DNA of 63,381 nucleotides, filler included, from Octopus bimaculoides (taxonomy: Eukaryota), in NCBI RefSeq assembly GCF_001194135.2. It is 5 parts of 3 records of this genome, joined end to end, with 100 filler letters (N's around TTAATTAATTAA, not from the genome) between each part and the next. Parts side by side here need not be neighbours in the genome. Positions count along the whole stretch, not along the records: positions 1 to 20,871 come from NC_068983.1; positions 20,972 to 47,314 come from NC_068983.1; 3 more parts are not named here. One strand, written 5' to 3'. Under the pieces are notes generated by a model that did no database searches, was not told the origin of the DNA, and saw only the letters and a program-made list of their open reading frames with translations. Positions 11,246 through 24,214 of the stretch are shown one piece after another (the first letter of the stretch is position 1; each line of letters opens with the position of its first letter). The translations under genes were made by a program, and so were the position numbers.

Positions 11246-12393
11246 TACAATAGTCTTGTTTTGTCACACTATTTCACTGCATTACCAAGCGCACTATCTC
11301 TTATTGTTAATGCATTGAAAGTGCTTTACGTTGCATGTTTGCGGTGCCTAGTCTGCTATTTTCTGTATGTTATATATATTTGTTATGTATGTGTCTGAAT
11401 ATTTTTATACCATGCCTAATGCGCCTATTATGATAGACATTGTTTATGTGTTTAAAATCCACATTCCAGTTACCTCTATTTGCAGATTTTTTATTCTTAA
11501 AGTTTCTCCGTTTCTTTTCGGAAAACTTTGTCACCTGTTGGAATGGATAAATCGGGTAGAAACCATTGTTTTTTCTTGATGATTTATAAGAACTATATCT
11601 GGCCAATTAACCTTAATTTATCTTTGTTTTTTGGCATATCACATATAATTGCTTTCTCATTTTCTATAAACTTGTCTGGCGTATGTCTATACCATCTTTT
11701 TCACTGTAGCTATGCGTTAGCATTGGCATAGCTTCCAGTGAATATATGTGCCAGCAATGGTGTATCTGTGAATATATTTCTCTCTTTTCATTATATGTTT
11801 TTGGTAATTTCTGGTGTGGTGGCTTTGGTACTGTGCTGTAATTAGTCTCTGATTTGGGTCCTGAGCTTTCCAGCCATTATTGTGATTTGCTTTGTCTCTT
11901 TTGAATTTAGTTTTCTAGCTGTATAAGGCCTCCACCACCTTCTATACATTGTATATATAACCTTTCTACGTCAGATCTTGGGTACAGCATCCTAAATCCT
12001 GTCATTATTTTTCATGTTTTCCTGTCTATTTTAATTAGTTCATTTAGTGTCCAGGTGCTGTAACATATAACTGGGACGGATACAGTGTTGTTATCTATTA
12101 TCATGTTTTTCGCAATGAGCTCTGTTTTCAGTATTAATCTAACTTGTCTATAGTATCATTTTTTAAAAAATTTTCTCTTTCATTGGTGTGTGTGCTGTAT
12201 TGTATCTAATTTTATGTTGATACTTTTACCTAGCTTAATTTCATGTTTATATTTTTGGTAAATGCATGCATTGCATGTAGTAATGTTTTCAGCTGTTTAT
12301 CATTCGTAGCGTACAGTTTTAGGTCATCCTTATATAGGAGGTGATTGATTGCTTTGCCGTAACATTTGTATCCACATCCAGGTCCGTTTAGCA

Positions 12394-12396
<3 letters not shown>
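11246..12396 (-). mobile_element. Older 5'-truncated R4/Dong-type copy B starting in the RT core, with internal deletions
   Basis: GYKCYGKAINHLLYKDDLKLYATNDKQL (RT YxDD motif at ~12322-12333); downstream segments colinear with copy A including the 3' UTR (TTTCACTGCATTACCAAGCGCA vs TTTCACTTCACTACCGAGCGCA). Confidence 0.9.
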
Positions 12397-12483
<87 letters not shown>

Positions 12484-12505
12484 CATTATTATTATTATCA
12501 TCATT
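12397..12505. repeat. (ATT)n microsatellite at the 5' junction of copy B
   Basis: Directly visible. Confidence 0.95.
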
Positions 12506-15500
12506 ATATGTAATACTTCACAGTTGTAATGTGGATACCACTTGTTGGTTGTCTCTATGACACACAATCTCTCCCATTAGTACTTATTATGGGCATTGTG
12601 GAAATATATAAGTTCTTAAAGGAAGCATGCTTCGATACCTAGTGTGAGACAAAAAGCAAGAGAAGTGCTACACACGTGCTCTATTCACGTAACATTTATG
12701 CTCTTCCAAGTGTTGCATAAATGCAGCGCCAAGAATTAGAATCATACTGTCTTTTACTAAGTAACTACAAAAATGTCCAGAGGAGAATTATGAAACAGAA
12801 GACTGTTACTTAGCAGACGTGATGAGAGAGTGAATAGCAACTATTTGCTTACTAAATAGCTGAAGCGGACTAAATCCTCCGTTATTTCAAGTAGTATTAC
12901 AATTTATGTTATACGTCTATGTTGCGGAGAAGTTCACTGAATTGAAAGATTCAAAAGTATTAGCACTCTCTGTAGTAATTTTAAGCTTTGAAGAGGCCTC
13001 GAGAGTATATATTGTAATTGAAATTGTTAAACTACAATATTGATCCAAACAGCAACTCAGTGACATCTGAAATGACTTACATTCATATCTAGAAATTATT
13101 TTGTATAAATATATGGCGTAATATAATCAGGAGTAAAAGTACTTCGAGTAGTAAATATAATAGCAAAAGCAGCAACATTAATTTTATTGTAATTGTCTCT
13201 GCGCTGTATAATAAACGCGTTAATTACTGACTTATATGATCTCACAAAAGCTAAAATTATGTGAAGTATTTATTTTTTTAGCGTAGGTTCAGGCAAACCT
13301 TTGCTTCATTTGTTTAATTAAATGAGTGAAAAATTATCCTAGATGGCACACGTAATTTGTTCCACTATTTTCTACCCACTATGTTTTAATAACAAGGATT
13401 ACATTTCCACAAGGTATCATATCATATTTAATTTGAATTGGGGGTCATCAGACTCATATACTATTTTCTTCATACTAACTTTTGTTGGCTTCCGTGTTTT
13501 CACTCACTTAAACTTAAATGAAATATATAGCAAAGCCTGTGCTGCTATATAAATATTGAGAATGAATGCATTAATATACTGGAAAAGAAGCTAGATATAA
13601 CAAATGAGTGGCTTGTATAATATTTAACTTTGAGCACATCAAAAGTGCCACAATCTTGTGTAATGATTGTCTTGAGATATATGAGGAATATAAGTCATTT
13701 AACAAGTTTTCAATCATTCAGATTATGATTGATACTATTACAGAAATTTTACAACTTTCAGCCATCGTAATGTATGAAATTAATAGTAATTACTGTCAGG
13801 AACATATAAAAACGAGTGTCAGAATTAGGGAAACAAAATATCGAAATGTTCACCAATTCTCTTCTAGTGTTAATCAATCATTGTTTGTTATAGCAGAGTG
13901 GACAGTTATTAATATAATTTAGTTGAACTGATGTTGTGCAGTTACACAGATATTCAGTAAGTACTTGGGTCAATAGAAAATAATATTCAATCCAAACCAG
14001 ACACGATAAATGAATATGATTTGTTTCTGCCACATAAATTGTATTTTCTTGCATTTCATATAACCAAATATCATATACCTACATATCTCTCTCATCAATA
14101 AAACTGTTTATCGATAAAGCTAGAATTCAAAACATAAACCAGTAGAAGTAGGTACAATGAAATTACACATACGCAACTTAAATATGTTGATAAATACGAA
14201 AACAAAATAAAAGTATTATGCACAATTCATGTGTGTGTGTATGCGTGTACACACACATATACATACATATATATATATNNNNNNNNNNNNNNNNNNNNNN
14301 NNNNNNNNNNNNNNNNNNNNNNNNNNNNNNNNNNNNNNNNNNNNNNNNNNNNNNNNNNNNNNNNNNNNNNNNNNNNNNNNNNNNNNNNNNNNNNNNNNNN
14401 NNNNNNNNNNNNNNNNNNNNNNNNNNNNNNNNNNNNNNNNNNNNNNNNNNNNNNNNNNNNNNNNNNNNNNNNNNNNNNNNNNNNNNNNNNNNNNNNNNNN
14501 NNNNNNNNNNNNNNNNNNNNNNNNNNNNNNNNNNNNNNNNNNNNNNNNNNNNNNNNNNNNNNNNNNNNNNNNNNNNNNNNNNNNNNNNNNNNNNNNNNNN
14601 NNNNNNNNNNNNNNNNNNNNNNNNNNNNNNNNNNNNNNNNNNNNNNNNNNNNNNNNNNNNNNNNNNNNNNNNNNNNNNNNNNNNNNNNNNNNNNNNNNNN
14701 NNNNNNNNNNNNNNNNNNNNNNNNNNNNNNNNNNNNNNNNNNNNNNNNNNNNNNNNNNNNNNNNNNNNNNNNNNNNNNNNNNNNNNNNNNNNNNNNNNNN
14801 NNNNNNNNNNNNNNNNNNNNNNNNNNNNNNNNNNNNNNNNNNNNNNNNNNNNNNNNNNNNNNNNNNNNNNNNNNNNNNNNNNNNNNNNNNNNNNNNNNNN
14901 NNNNNNNNNNNNNNNNNNNNNNNNNNNNNNNNNNNNNNNNNNNNNNNNNNNNNNNNNNNNNNNNNNNNNNNNNNNNNNNNNNNNNNNNNNNNNNNNNNNN
15001 NNNNNNNNNNNNNNNNNNNNNNNNNNNNNNNNNNNNNNNNNNNNNNNNNNNNNNNNNNNNNNNNNNNNNNNNNNNNNNNNNNNNNNNNNNNNNNNNNNNN
15101 NNNNNNNNNNNNNNNNNNNNNNNNNNNNNNNNNNNNNNNNNNNNNNNNNNNNNNNNNNNNNNNNNNNNNNNNNNNNNNNNNNNNNNNNNNNNNNNNNNNN
15201 NNNATATATTCGGTGTTGTATCAGATCCTTTTTCTTCATGGTATGGGTTTTATTTCTGTAGTTCCCTTATTTCCCTTGCTTCTTTTCATATAAGTATATC
15301 ATAATCACAATCTGTGATAATTCCTTTATGATGAAGTACTTATTTGTCGCCCAAATGTCGACGTGGTATATTATTTCCTTCTTTTATATTAATTTTAATT
15401 TCCTGTAAGCAAAGAGATTGTATGCGCCTTGCCCCTCCTATATCTCTCCATGTCACAGATAATGATGTTTAAGATGGTTTTCGCTGCAACATTCACAAGA

Positions 15501-15699
15501 CATTCCTAATAACATTTTGTGTTACAGCAAGTCTATGAGAATATGCTTTTGACAAGTTATGATATTTAAGAACGTGTAACCAAATGTTAGCACAAAACCG
15601 TGTTCCTGACGGTGTCCATCCTTCTCAAATACTGTGGAAATTGTTCATTAGTTGATGTGTCAAGTTTAAATGTGGGTTTAACTTGCGCCTCCTTCTCCT

Positions 15700-16710
15700 G
15701 TTTCAAAAATGTCGAAAAATATCATATGATCCTGAACACTTGCTTCCTTGCAACAAATGAACGTACAGTATTATCGACAACCTGAGAGTAAGATAATTTT
15801 TTATCCTATACAGAATCTTGTAATTCAGTGTGGAAGACATGAAAAACGTATTCCAAATTTAGAAAAAAATATTCGTGCAAAGAATAATGACAAACTTTTA
15901 TTTTTCATCTTCAAAACACAATTGGTAAGCTTATTCATGTTTCTTTTCTTTCTTTTGTCGTTTTACAGACACGATTTCTACACAATGCACTTCAAATAAC
16001 TGTGATTCTTCATAGTTTCTGTTTACAAATGCATTATTTGGAACAATATCGGCTTTCTTTGTCTGGGGAGGCCATAAAATATTCGTGTTTCATTCGTTTT
16101 CTTTTTATCGTAGGGAAAGTGAAAGAAAAGAAAATTTTGAAAATATTAATCGCAAAGTTGCTTTTTATATTTATTTACTTACATATGAATATATGTAAGA
16201 TATACGTGTGTGTTTTGTTTGTACGCGCACGCGTGTGTAATTGTGTGTGTTTATAGATATACACATTCACACATATATATATATCTGCATCAGTTTATAT
16301 AAACGTGTGTTTGAATATATATGTATGTGCATCTATTCTCATTTCCTGCTGTTTAAAACTTAAGATACAGTGTTTCACAGGGTACACAAAGAAAAAGATA
16401 TATCGCATGAGACATTGTTTATAGGATTATTAGCTACACGATGTTACGTTACAGTTAGGTCACAACGATTTTTAGCTGCGTAGACTATACTTCATAACGA
16501 AAGTTTCTTTTAAAATTTTCAGAGACGAATAAAATACATATAACTTCGGAAAGCTTTGTGTGTTTTTTTTTCCTTATGCCGCCTGTGTTCCATACTGAAT
16601 TACGGGATCCTGTATAGGTTAAGAACGATCGTATTTCCAGGTTGACGATAACTCAGCACGTTAATTTGCCACAAGCAAGTGTTCAGGATCATATGAAACA
16701 GAGGCAGGGG
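15700..16710. repeat. Inverted homologous pair (~80-bp arms, 24-bp exact core) about 0.9 kb apart
   Basis: TCATATGATCCTGAACACTTGCTT (15722-15745) is the reverse complement of AAGCAAGTGTTCAGGATCATATGA (16673-16696); similarity extends inward to CAGGTTGTCGATAA vs CAGGTTGACGATAA. Confidence 0.75.
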
Positions 16711-17019
16711 AAAGATACACTTTACTGGAAATATTGATTGAATTTCAGACTTTGAGATCGGTGAGTGACTGCATTTCATTCACCTGGGAGGCAGCTTAAT
16801 GTTTGTATTAAGTAGGGAACATCCATATAGAAACTGAAGTGAGAGAATTTCTGATCACATGTTGTAAGCATCTTTGCATTGATAATGCTACCCTATCATT
16901 TTATGAGAGGGTCTGAACATATCTCTTTCTAGACCAATAAATATTGTCCTCTCGTCAATATTCGATACATTCATATTGTTTTCTAATTTTGTCACAGGGC
17001 TAACAATTTTAGTGAAACG

Positions 17020-17186
17020 GTAAGTCGCTTACACCCTACTCAGTATTCAAGTGGTACGTATTTTAACGACCGCGAAGGGATGAATGCAGAATTGACCTCG
17101 ATGAAATAAAACCTCATAACATGAAGACAAAGGAGATGCCACTAAGCATTTTTCCCGACGTGCTAACGATTCTGCCAGTTCCTCGC
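17020..17186 (-). mobile_element. tRNA-derived SINE, family A, degenerate
   Basis: Reverse complement GCGAGGAACTGGCAGAATCGTTAGCACGTCGGGAAAAATGCTTAG matches the head of the copy at 51008. Confidence 0.8.
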
Positions 17187-17934
17187 AAATTATTGCAGAT
17201 TAAATTCAGCAATTCAGTTAATAGTGGAATTCAGAGTGCTTACAAGTGGACAGTTTCCTTACGGTAGCATTTCCGTACGAGGGGAAATTTCATAGAGGAA
17301 TTTAAGCGCCACAGAATTTAATACGGTAAATCAAAGCCAGTTATATTATAACATGCATTACTTCATACAGATTTTTTCGGCTAAGCGTATTTCTGACAGA
17401 TAACGAATATCAAAATAATCATAGAATATAGCGATATATTGCATGACTTCTTTCTTCATCTCGTCAGGCATAAGGGAAAAAATAAACGGTTATGCAAATC
17501 ATTTGAAGCGTGAGTTCTATGCTTACGTCATATTTTTGCCTAACTTGATGAACAGAAGACTCACAAGCAATGTATGTTATTATGTCATAAACATTAGCTA
17601 TATTGCTGAAGCGATCCTAATGAAGGAATAAAAATCATTATCACCTTCAGTAGCGTTACAAATTTTCATATAAAAACATTCTCAGTCACACACACAATTA
17701 TGAAGAGTCGAATATATAAATCCATATAGTATTTATGTAGTAAATCGTTCAATTAGATCCCCTTGCAGGGAAATTTAATGAGTGAACTCCTTTTACTGTA
17801 ACTAATTATCAGGTGCGCTCTTGGAAGCTTCTAGATTTTGAGCTACGGGACTGTTCTGGAAAATTCAGTCTTCTTATTTTAAAAAACAGTTCGCAAACCC
17901 AGAGATTTGCTCTAAGCCATTCTCTTAGAGGCAG

Positions 17935-17987
17935 TCACGTCGTTGCTGTGTCGTAATCTCTTCTCTGTTTATACATATCTGATTTTC
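17935..17987 (-). CDS. Speculative terminal exon (G)KSDMYKQRRDYDTATT*
   Basis: GGCTTTGCAG acceptor, phase 1, compatible with the candidate at 18125-18209 across a 137-nt intron. No homology recognised; could be chance. Confidence 0.12.
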
Positions 17988-18124
17988 CTGCAAAGCCTAT
18001 CTAATTCTACTGTTTGTAGAACAAATTTTCTTACTTTTTAATACTAGATATAAGTAACTGAACAATGCAATTCAAACAATATTAAATATAATTTTATGTA
18101 GCAATTCGTAGATTTATTTCTTAC

Positions 18125-18209
18125 CTTCTTTTGTACAAGAAATTTTGTTATTTTCCCACTTGCGGCCAGATCTCAAATAGTAACGATCTATATCTTTCCA
18201 CCAAACTGT
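18125..18209 (-). CDS. Speculative internal exon TVWWKDIDRYYLRSGRKWENNKISCTKE
   Basis: 85 nt, open in phase 0, TAGCAG acceptor and AAG|GTAAGA donor. No homology recognised. Confidence 0.15.
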
Positions 18210-19935
18210 CTGCTAATCACGACAATTCTTAATGCCTAGTCATACAAAAATAAATGCACACACATGCGCACAGGTACACACACACACACGCACACACACA
18301 CACACACACACCCACACACACACACACACACACAAAGAAATATATNNNNNNNNNNNNNNNNNNNNNNNNNNNNNNNNNNNNNNNNNNNNNNNNNNNNNNN
18401 NNNNNNNNNNNNNNNNNNNNNNNNNNNNNNNNNNNNNNNNNNNNNNNNNNNNNNNNNNNNNNNNNNNNNNNNNNNNNNNNNNNNNNNNNNNNNNNNNNNN
18501 NNNNNNNNNNNNNNNNNNNNNNNNNNNNNNNNNNNNNNNNNNNNNNNNNNNNNNNNNNNNNNNNNNNNNNNNNNNNNNNNNNNNNNNNNNNNNNNNNNNN
18601 NNNNNNNNNNNNNNNNNNNNNNNNNNNNNNNNNNNNNNNNNNNNNNNNNNNNNNNNNNNNNNNNNNNNNNNNNNNNNNNNNNNNNNNNNNNNNNNNNNNN
18701 NNNNNNNNNNNNNNNNNNNNNNNNNNNNNNNNNNNNNNNNNNNNNNNNNNNNNNNNNNNNNNNNNNNNNNNNNNNNNNNNNNNNNNNNNNNNNNNNNNNN
18801 NNNNNNNNNNNNNNNNNNNNNNNNNNNNNNNNNNNNNNNNNNNNNNNNNNNNNNNNNNNNNNNNNNNNNNNNNNNNNNNNNNNNNNNNNNNNNNNNNNNN
18901 NNNNNNNNNNNNNNNNNNNNNNNNNNNNNNNNNNNNNNNNNNNNNNNNNNNNNNNNNNNNNNNNNNNNNNNNNNNNNNNNNNNNNNNNNNNNNNNNNNNN
19001 NNNNNNNNNNNNNNNNNNNNNNNNNNNNNNNNNNNNNNNNNNNNNNNNNNNNNNNNNNNNNNNNNNNNNNNNNNNNNNNNNNNNNNNNNNNNNNNNNNNN
19101 NNNNNNNNNNNNNNNNNNNNNNNNNNNNNNNNNNNNNNNNNNNNNNNNNNNNNNNNNNNNATATATATATATATACCTCTAGAGAGAGAGAGCGAGCCGA
19201 CGTAAAAGATGAATTACTGTGTAATTACTGCCTACTTAATTAATTTTGATTGTGAAACAATAATCGTGCTCTAATACCGTTTGGCACGTGCCTTATGAGA
19301 GCCAATAATTTCCTCTGTGATTAACATTTTGTATAACGCTTTTGTGTAGTTTCGTTATTATGTTTATCACATTTTCTATTATTATAACGTGTCATATATT
19401 TTGACCCATGTACCTCAAGTACATTGCAACACAACGAATGTAAAATCCTCTGCCTACGTCGTTCGTATTGGAAATAAGTTTGCAAATATAATATATTTTA
19501 AAACACGTGATTAAGCTTCCAATTGCTCTGTGCACAACATAGACCACATTATATAAAAAAATATCTGGAGGACACTTGTTTTTTTATAAGGTTACTTCAG
19601 TAGTCATAGTGACATAGTAGCCTATATGTTGAAATAATACTCTTGCAACCACGTGAGAAGTTTAATGAATTCCATGAATGTGATTTTTATCGTCAAAATA
19701 TGGATTGAAATTTGCCACATTTTCTCAGATTCATACCTTACAATCATCATGTTATAGGTACACGCATCTCTTGACTGCTCAGCTACGTTTACACGAAATT
19801 AATGAAACTTTATTAGTATCGACATATTTTAACTCATTTGTAGATTACTCATACCTGGTTAAGAATCGGCAAATATTCGATGACCACCAACGGGACAGGT
19901 AAAAATACGTTACTACAACTAAATTCCACTAAACG

Positions 19936-20074
19936 TATTCTTTTCTATTCTACGCACAACGCCTGAACTTTTTGGGAAAGGGGCCACTCGATTAGATCAA
20001 CCCCCAGTACGCAATCGGTACTTACTTTATCGAACCCGATGTGATTAAAGGCAAAGTCGAACTCGACGGAAATT
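19936..20074 (-). mobile_element. SINE family A, 3' part
   Basis: Reverse complement contains GTCGAGTTCGACTTTGCCTTTAATC..GATAAAGTAAGTACC..TACTGGGGGTTGATCTAATCGAGTGGCCCC. Confidence 0.8.
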
Positions 20075-20811
20075 ACACTTAATATATTATAAAATATATG
20101 GCCATAAATGTGTTTTATTCCCTCATCCAATATATATGTTTTACAAAATATATTCTGAAATTAAGGGGCGAAATGTAAAACAGTGGGAAACCTGCATACC
20201 ATTAAAACCGTTATAAACAATTCATTTATTAAAGCAATATATTATCCAGTATAGTTTTGCATATTTACTTAAACACATGATCCGTATTTCGAATTATATT
20301 TTGCAAGTGTATTTTCGTTTATCTACGGCACAAAATCAACAAATACATATTACATTTACGGAGAAAGAATTTTTAATTAGAAATAAAATAGCGTTCGTAA
20401 ATGTCACAAAACATTTATCAGGCACATATGCAAGAGCGGAGGGAATATGAAAATTCCTAAGTGAAACCAAAATATAAAAAGCTTTTATGAAAAACCCCAA
20501 AACATATCACATATAGAAGCATAAGATAAAAGAGATATATCATATGTTAAACATACAAATGGCAAACTAGGAGATTGAATGTAGGAATAAAAATAGCCAA
20601 AACCTAAACTTATATATTCTGAAAGAATCAAATGAAAAAAAACTAAAATATCATATGTTAATGAACTGGCGTAAATTGGCGTATTATTGAGTAATCAATT
20701 TCTAATCCCAAATGTAACTGTTTGTGCGTCTAATCTCCATCCCCACACACTTTCCCTCTTCCTCTCTCTTCTGTGTCTCGATCCGCTTTATCTATACATA
20801 CACGTGCGTAT

Positions 20812-20867
<56 letters not shown>

Positions 20868-20871
20868 GTAT

Positions 20872-20971
20872 NNNNNNNNNNNNNNNNNNNNNNNNNNNNN
20901 NNNNNNNNNNNNNNNTTAATTAATTAANNNNNNNNNNNNNNNNNNNNNNNNNNNNNNNNNNNNNNNNNNNN
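20872..20971. other. Assembly spacer N44-TTAATTAATTAA-N44 (also 47315-47414, 56474-56573, 61552-61651)
   Basis: Identical 100-nt cassette four times; the 12-mer gives stops in all six frames. Artefact, not genomic. Confidence 0.97.
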
Positions 20972-21189
20972 AAAGCATTTATGAGAGAAAAGACCAAGTA
21001 ATTGTCTGGAGTACATATAGATAAAGATATCTTCGTGCCATATATTATTCACGTTATATGGTTTTGTCGATATGGTGGAAGTATTTTCAATGCACCCGTC
21101 CTTTTAAGTTTTGCGAAGTAATAGTAATCAATAGAAATGTTGCAGTTATCGAAAATCTGCAGTACACATCTATCTATCTACCTACCTAC

Positions 21190-21229
<40 letters not shown>

Positions 21230-22688
21230 TTATTTATCTCACTATATATATATACGTAAAGAAAGAGAGAGAGAGAGGGAGAGTAATAGAGAAAGAGAGA
21301 CTTGTGTATGTATACATATGTGTATATATAATATATACATCAAGATAGAGACAGAGATACAGAAAGAGAGAGTTGTACATGTATATAAGGAGAGAGAAAG
21401 AATAAGATAGATTTATGTAGATATAGAATAGATACAGGTAATCACATACCCATGGAGAGTCCTGTACATATAAGTATAAATGCATATACGTTTTTAAGCT
21501 TATTTTAGAGTGTGTTATGCAATTAAGCTTAAAGCAGTAACATTACTGATTTTATTTTGTATAACAATTTTCATAAAAGTTTTAATGTATCTGATTTAAA
21601 AACAATTAAAATATAATGACACTTCGTATCATTATTTTACGTTATTAATTTTATTTTACGTCATCTATTGTAGTATGGAAAACAAATTCAAACTTTATTT
21701 ACATGATATGCATTCTATACGGTTTGCAAAATAATGGAATATTCTCTACGGGAAACTATGAAAAACCATAAGTAGTTATCTATTAATAATAATTTTCTTC
21801 AACAGAGAAAATATGGGCTTATTGTTAATATATTTGAGATCTGTGATGAGGAGTATACTAGAGGGTCTGGCATGTCATAATATGTACATATAATGATAGG
21901 TGACATTTCAAAATCACAATGTGTTTTTTTCTTACTTTTACAACTACAATTAATATACAGTGCGCAACTGCAAATTATTTTGTTGCTTTGGAGATGTATG
22001 ATTGAAATTTAAATTACATGAACTTCAACACAGAAGTTTTTTGTACTTCATTATTTCAAACAATACATAGACGCATATATGTATATATTTATGTGTGTGT
22101 GCGCGCGTGTGTGTGTGCACATATATAATGAAAATGTATATATGCATACACATACACATAACAACAGATTGAAATTCATTCACTGCAGCTGTTTCGCTTG
22201 AGTTTTATTGAAGAATAGAGTTATAATATCATACCGTTTTATTCAGGTAAATTCAAGAATTCAACAATCATTCCAAAAATCAACAATATGTGCCGCTTTG
22301 TGGTTCCTGGTCAGCTCGCTGAAGCTAGCCGGTTTTTATTTATTGTTTTTCATTATTATTCACGTTACTAGGAGCCTACAATTAGCGTGAATCTGGAGTA
22401 TATTCAGTGTGGAGTATGTATGTGTTCGTAGGTACGGCCTCGTTTTATATTCAGTCGGTCACTTGTGATCGTCGATGCAACTGCAATTTTCTTCAATTTG
22501 TACTTCGGTATGTACGTATATGTTCCACTAATTTTATTTTCTACACGACTGCTAAATCGTTGACCCGAACTTGGTGATTTACTAACTAGGTACCTGATTC
22601 CCTTGAATGTCAAACTCTTCCACCCTCCGTCTTTCATTGGTCATATATATATATATATACGCACACACACACACACACACGCACACAA

Positions 22689-22741
<53 letters not shown>

Positions 22742-23976
22742 NNNNNNNNNNNNNNNNNNNNNNNNNNNNNNNNNNNNNNNNNNNNNNNNNNNNNNNNNNN
22801 NNNNNNNNNNNNNNNNNNNNNNNNNNNNNNNNNNNNNNNNNNNNNNNNNNNNNNNNNNNNNNNNNNNNNNNNNNNNNNNNNNNNNNNNNNNNNNNNNNNN
22901 NNNNNNNNNNNNNNNNNNNNNNNNNNNNNNNNNNNNNNNNNNNNNNNNNNNNNNNNNNNNNNNNNNNNNNNNNNNNNNNNNNNNNNNNNNNNNNNNNNNN
23001 NNNNNNNNNNNNNNNNNNNNNNNNNNNNNNNNNNNNNNNNNNNNNNNNNNNNNNNNNNNNNNNNNNNNNNNNNNNNNNNNNNNNNNNNNNNNNNNNNNNN
23101 NNNNNNNNNNNNNNNNNNNNNNNNNNNNNNNNNNNNNNNNNNNNNNNNNNNNNNNNNNNNNNNNNNNNNNNNNNNNNNNNNNNNNNNNNNNNNNNNNNNN
23201 NNNNNNNNNNNNNNNNNNNNNNNNNNNNNNNNNNNNNNNNNNNNNNNNNNNNNNNNNNNNNNNNNNNNNNNNNNNNNNNNNNNNNNNNNNNNNNNNNNNN
23301 NNNNNNNNNNNNNNNNNNNNNNNNNNNNNNNNNNNNNNNNNNNNNNNNNNNNNNNNNNNNNNNNNNNNNNNNNNNNNNNNNNNNNNNNNNNNNNNNNNNN
23401 NNNNNNNNNNNNNNNNNNNNNNNNNNNNNNNNNNNNNNNNNNNNNNNNNNNNNNNNNNNNNNNNNNNNNNNNNNNNNNNNNNNNNNNNNNNNNNNNNNNN
23501 NNNNTATATATATGATATAAAAACTTAGTTGAAATATGTCTGTGACATACTTTAGATTTTGAACTTCTAACTACAATTTCACTGTAGTTTATAGATATTC
23601 TCACTTATAGCAAACGTGTAAGTAAATCTATGTCATCACATTGGTGCTCTTTATGGGACCCATAGACGCATCTCTAGTTCATTATCCCTTCCTTTGTATG
23701 AGATACCAAAGAGAGATAAGTGTGAGGTGACTCGAATTCCGAAGCTCAGAATAAATCAGTCAGTACCGGTGACTGTTTTGCGCTCGCAAACTAACTAGTC
23801 TAATTAAATACATAAGTATTCGCTGGAAACAGCGATGACAAATAAACTAAAATTATATTACTTCAGATATGTTTGTGATATATTTTAATTTCTAAAGGCA
23901 ATTCCTTTGCAGTTTACTGTGGAGAACAATGTAGTATCGCCACTATTCATGATGATACTTGTTTCCGCTATAACCG

Positions 23977-24214
23977 TGTAGTAACAATAAAATATTAAAC
24001 GAAGCAGGGTAACAACAATGTAACAATCCAACAATCACTCCACGAACTATAACACGAACGAACAAACAAAATTCCGGCAAAATTCCAAAACGACACCTAA
24101 CAGCTTCCTGCGATCAACGCTTACTGTTTCTTGTCTCTCACTAAGAACTCTCCTATCTATAGTCGTTCGGTCAAGTCTGTTCTTGCACGGAGTGACGTGA
24201 CTCTCGCCATAACA
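23977..24214 (-). repeat. 3' LTR (TG...CA, ~238 bp) of the Gypsy element
   Basis: On the minus strand begins TGTTATGG right after AATGGAGTGG and ends ...TTACTACA; its end resembles the 5' LTR end at 25914 (ATATTAAAC..CAGG). Confidence 0.7.

Noticed and set aside
11049-11318. Poly-I/Y/N/H/D ORFs and the many HT/CV/YI/LS-repeat ORFs elsewhere
   Set aside because: Translations of simple repeats with no coding evidence.
20916-20927. TTAATTAATTAA recurring four times (also 47359, 56518, 61596)
   Set aside because: Always centred in an N44-12-N44 cassette; a six-frame-stop assembly spacer, not a biological motif. Contiguity across these joins is uncertain.
22165-22215. Minus-strand CGAAACAGCTGCA half-hammerhead
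   Set aside because: No CUGANGA upstream and the cleavage triplet is not NUH.
14178-23604. Long 300-350 aa ORFs in the track (also 7837-8311, 48244-48962, 49520-50540)
   Set aside because: They are runs of X across N-gaps with microsatellite-derived ends.
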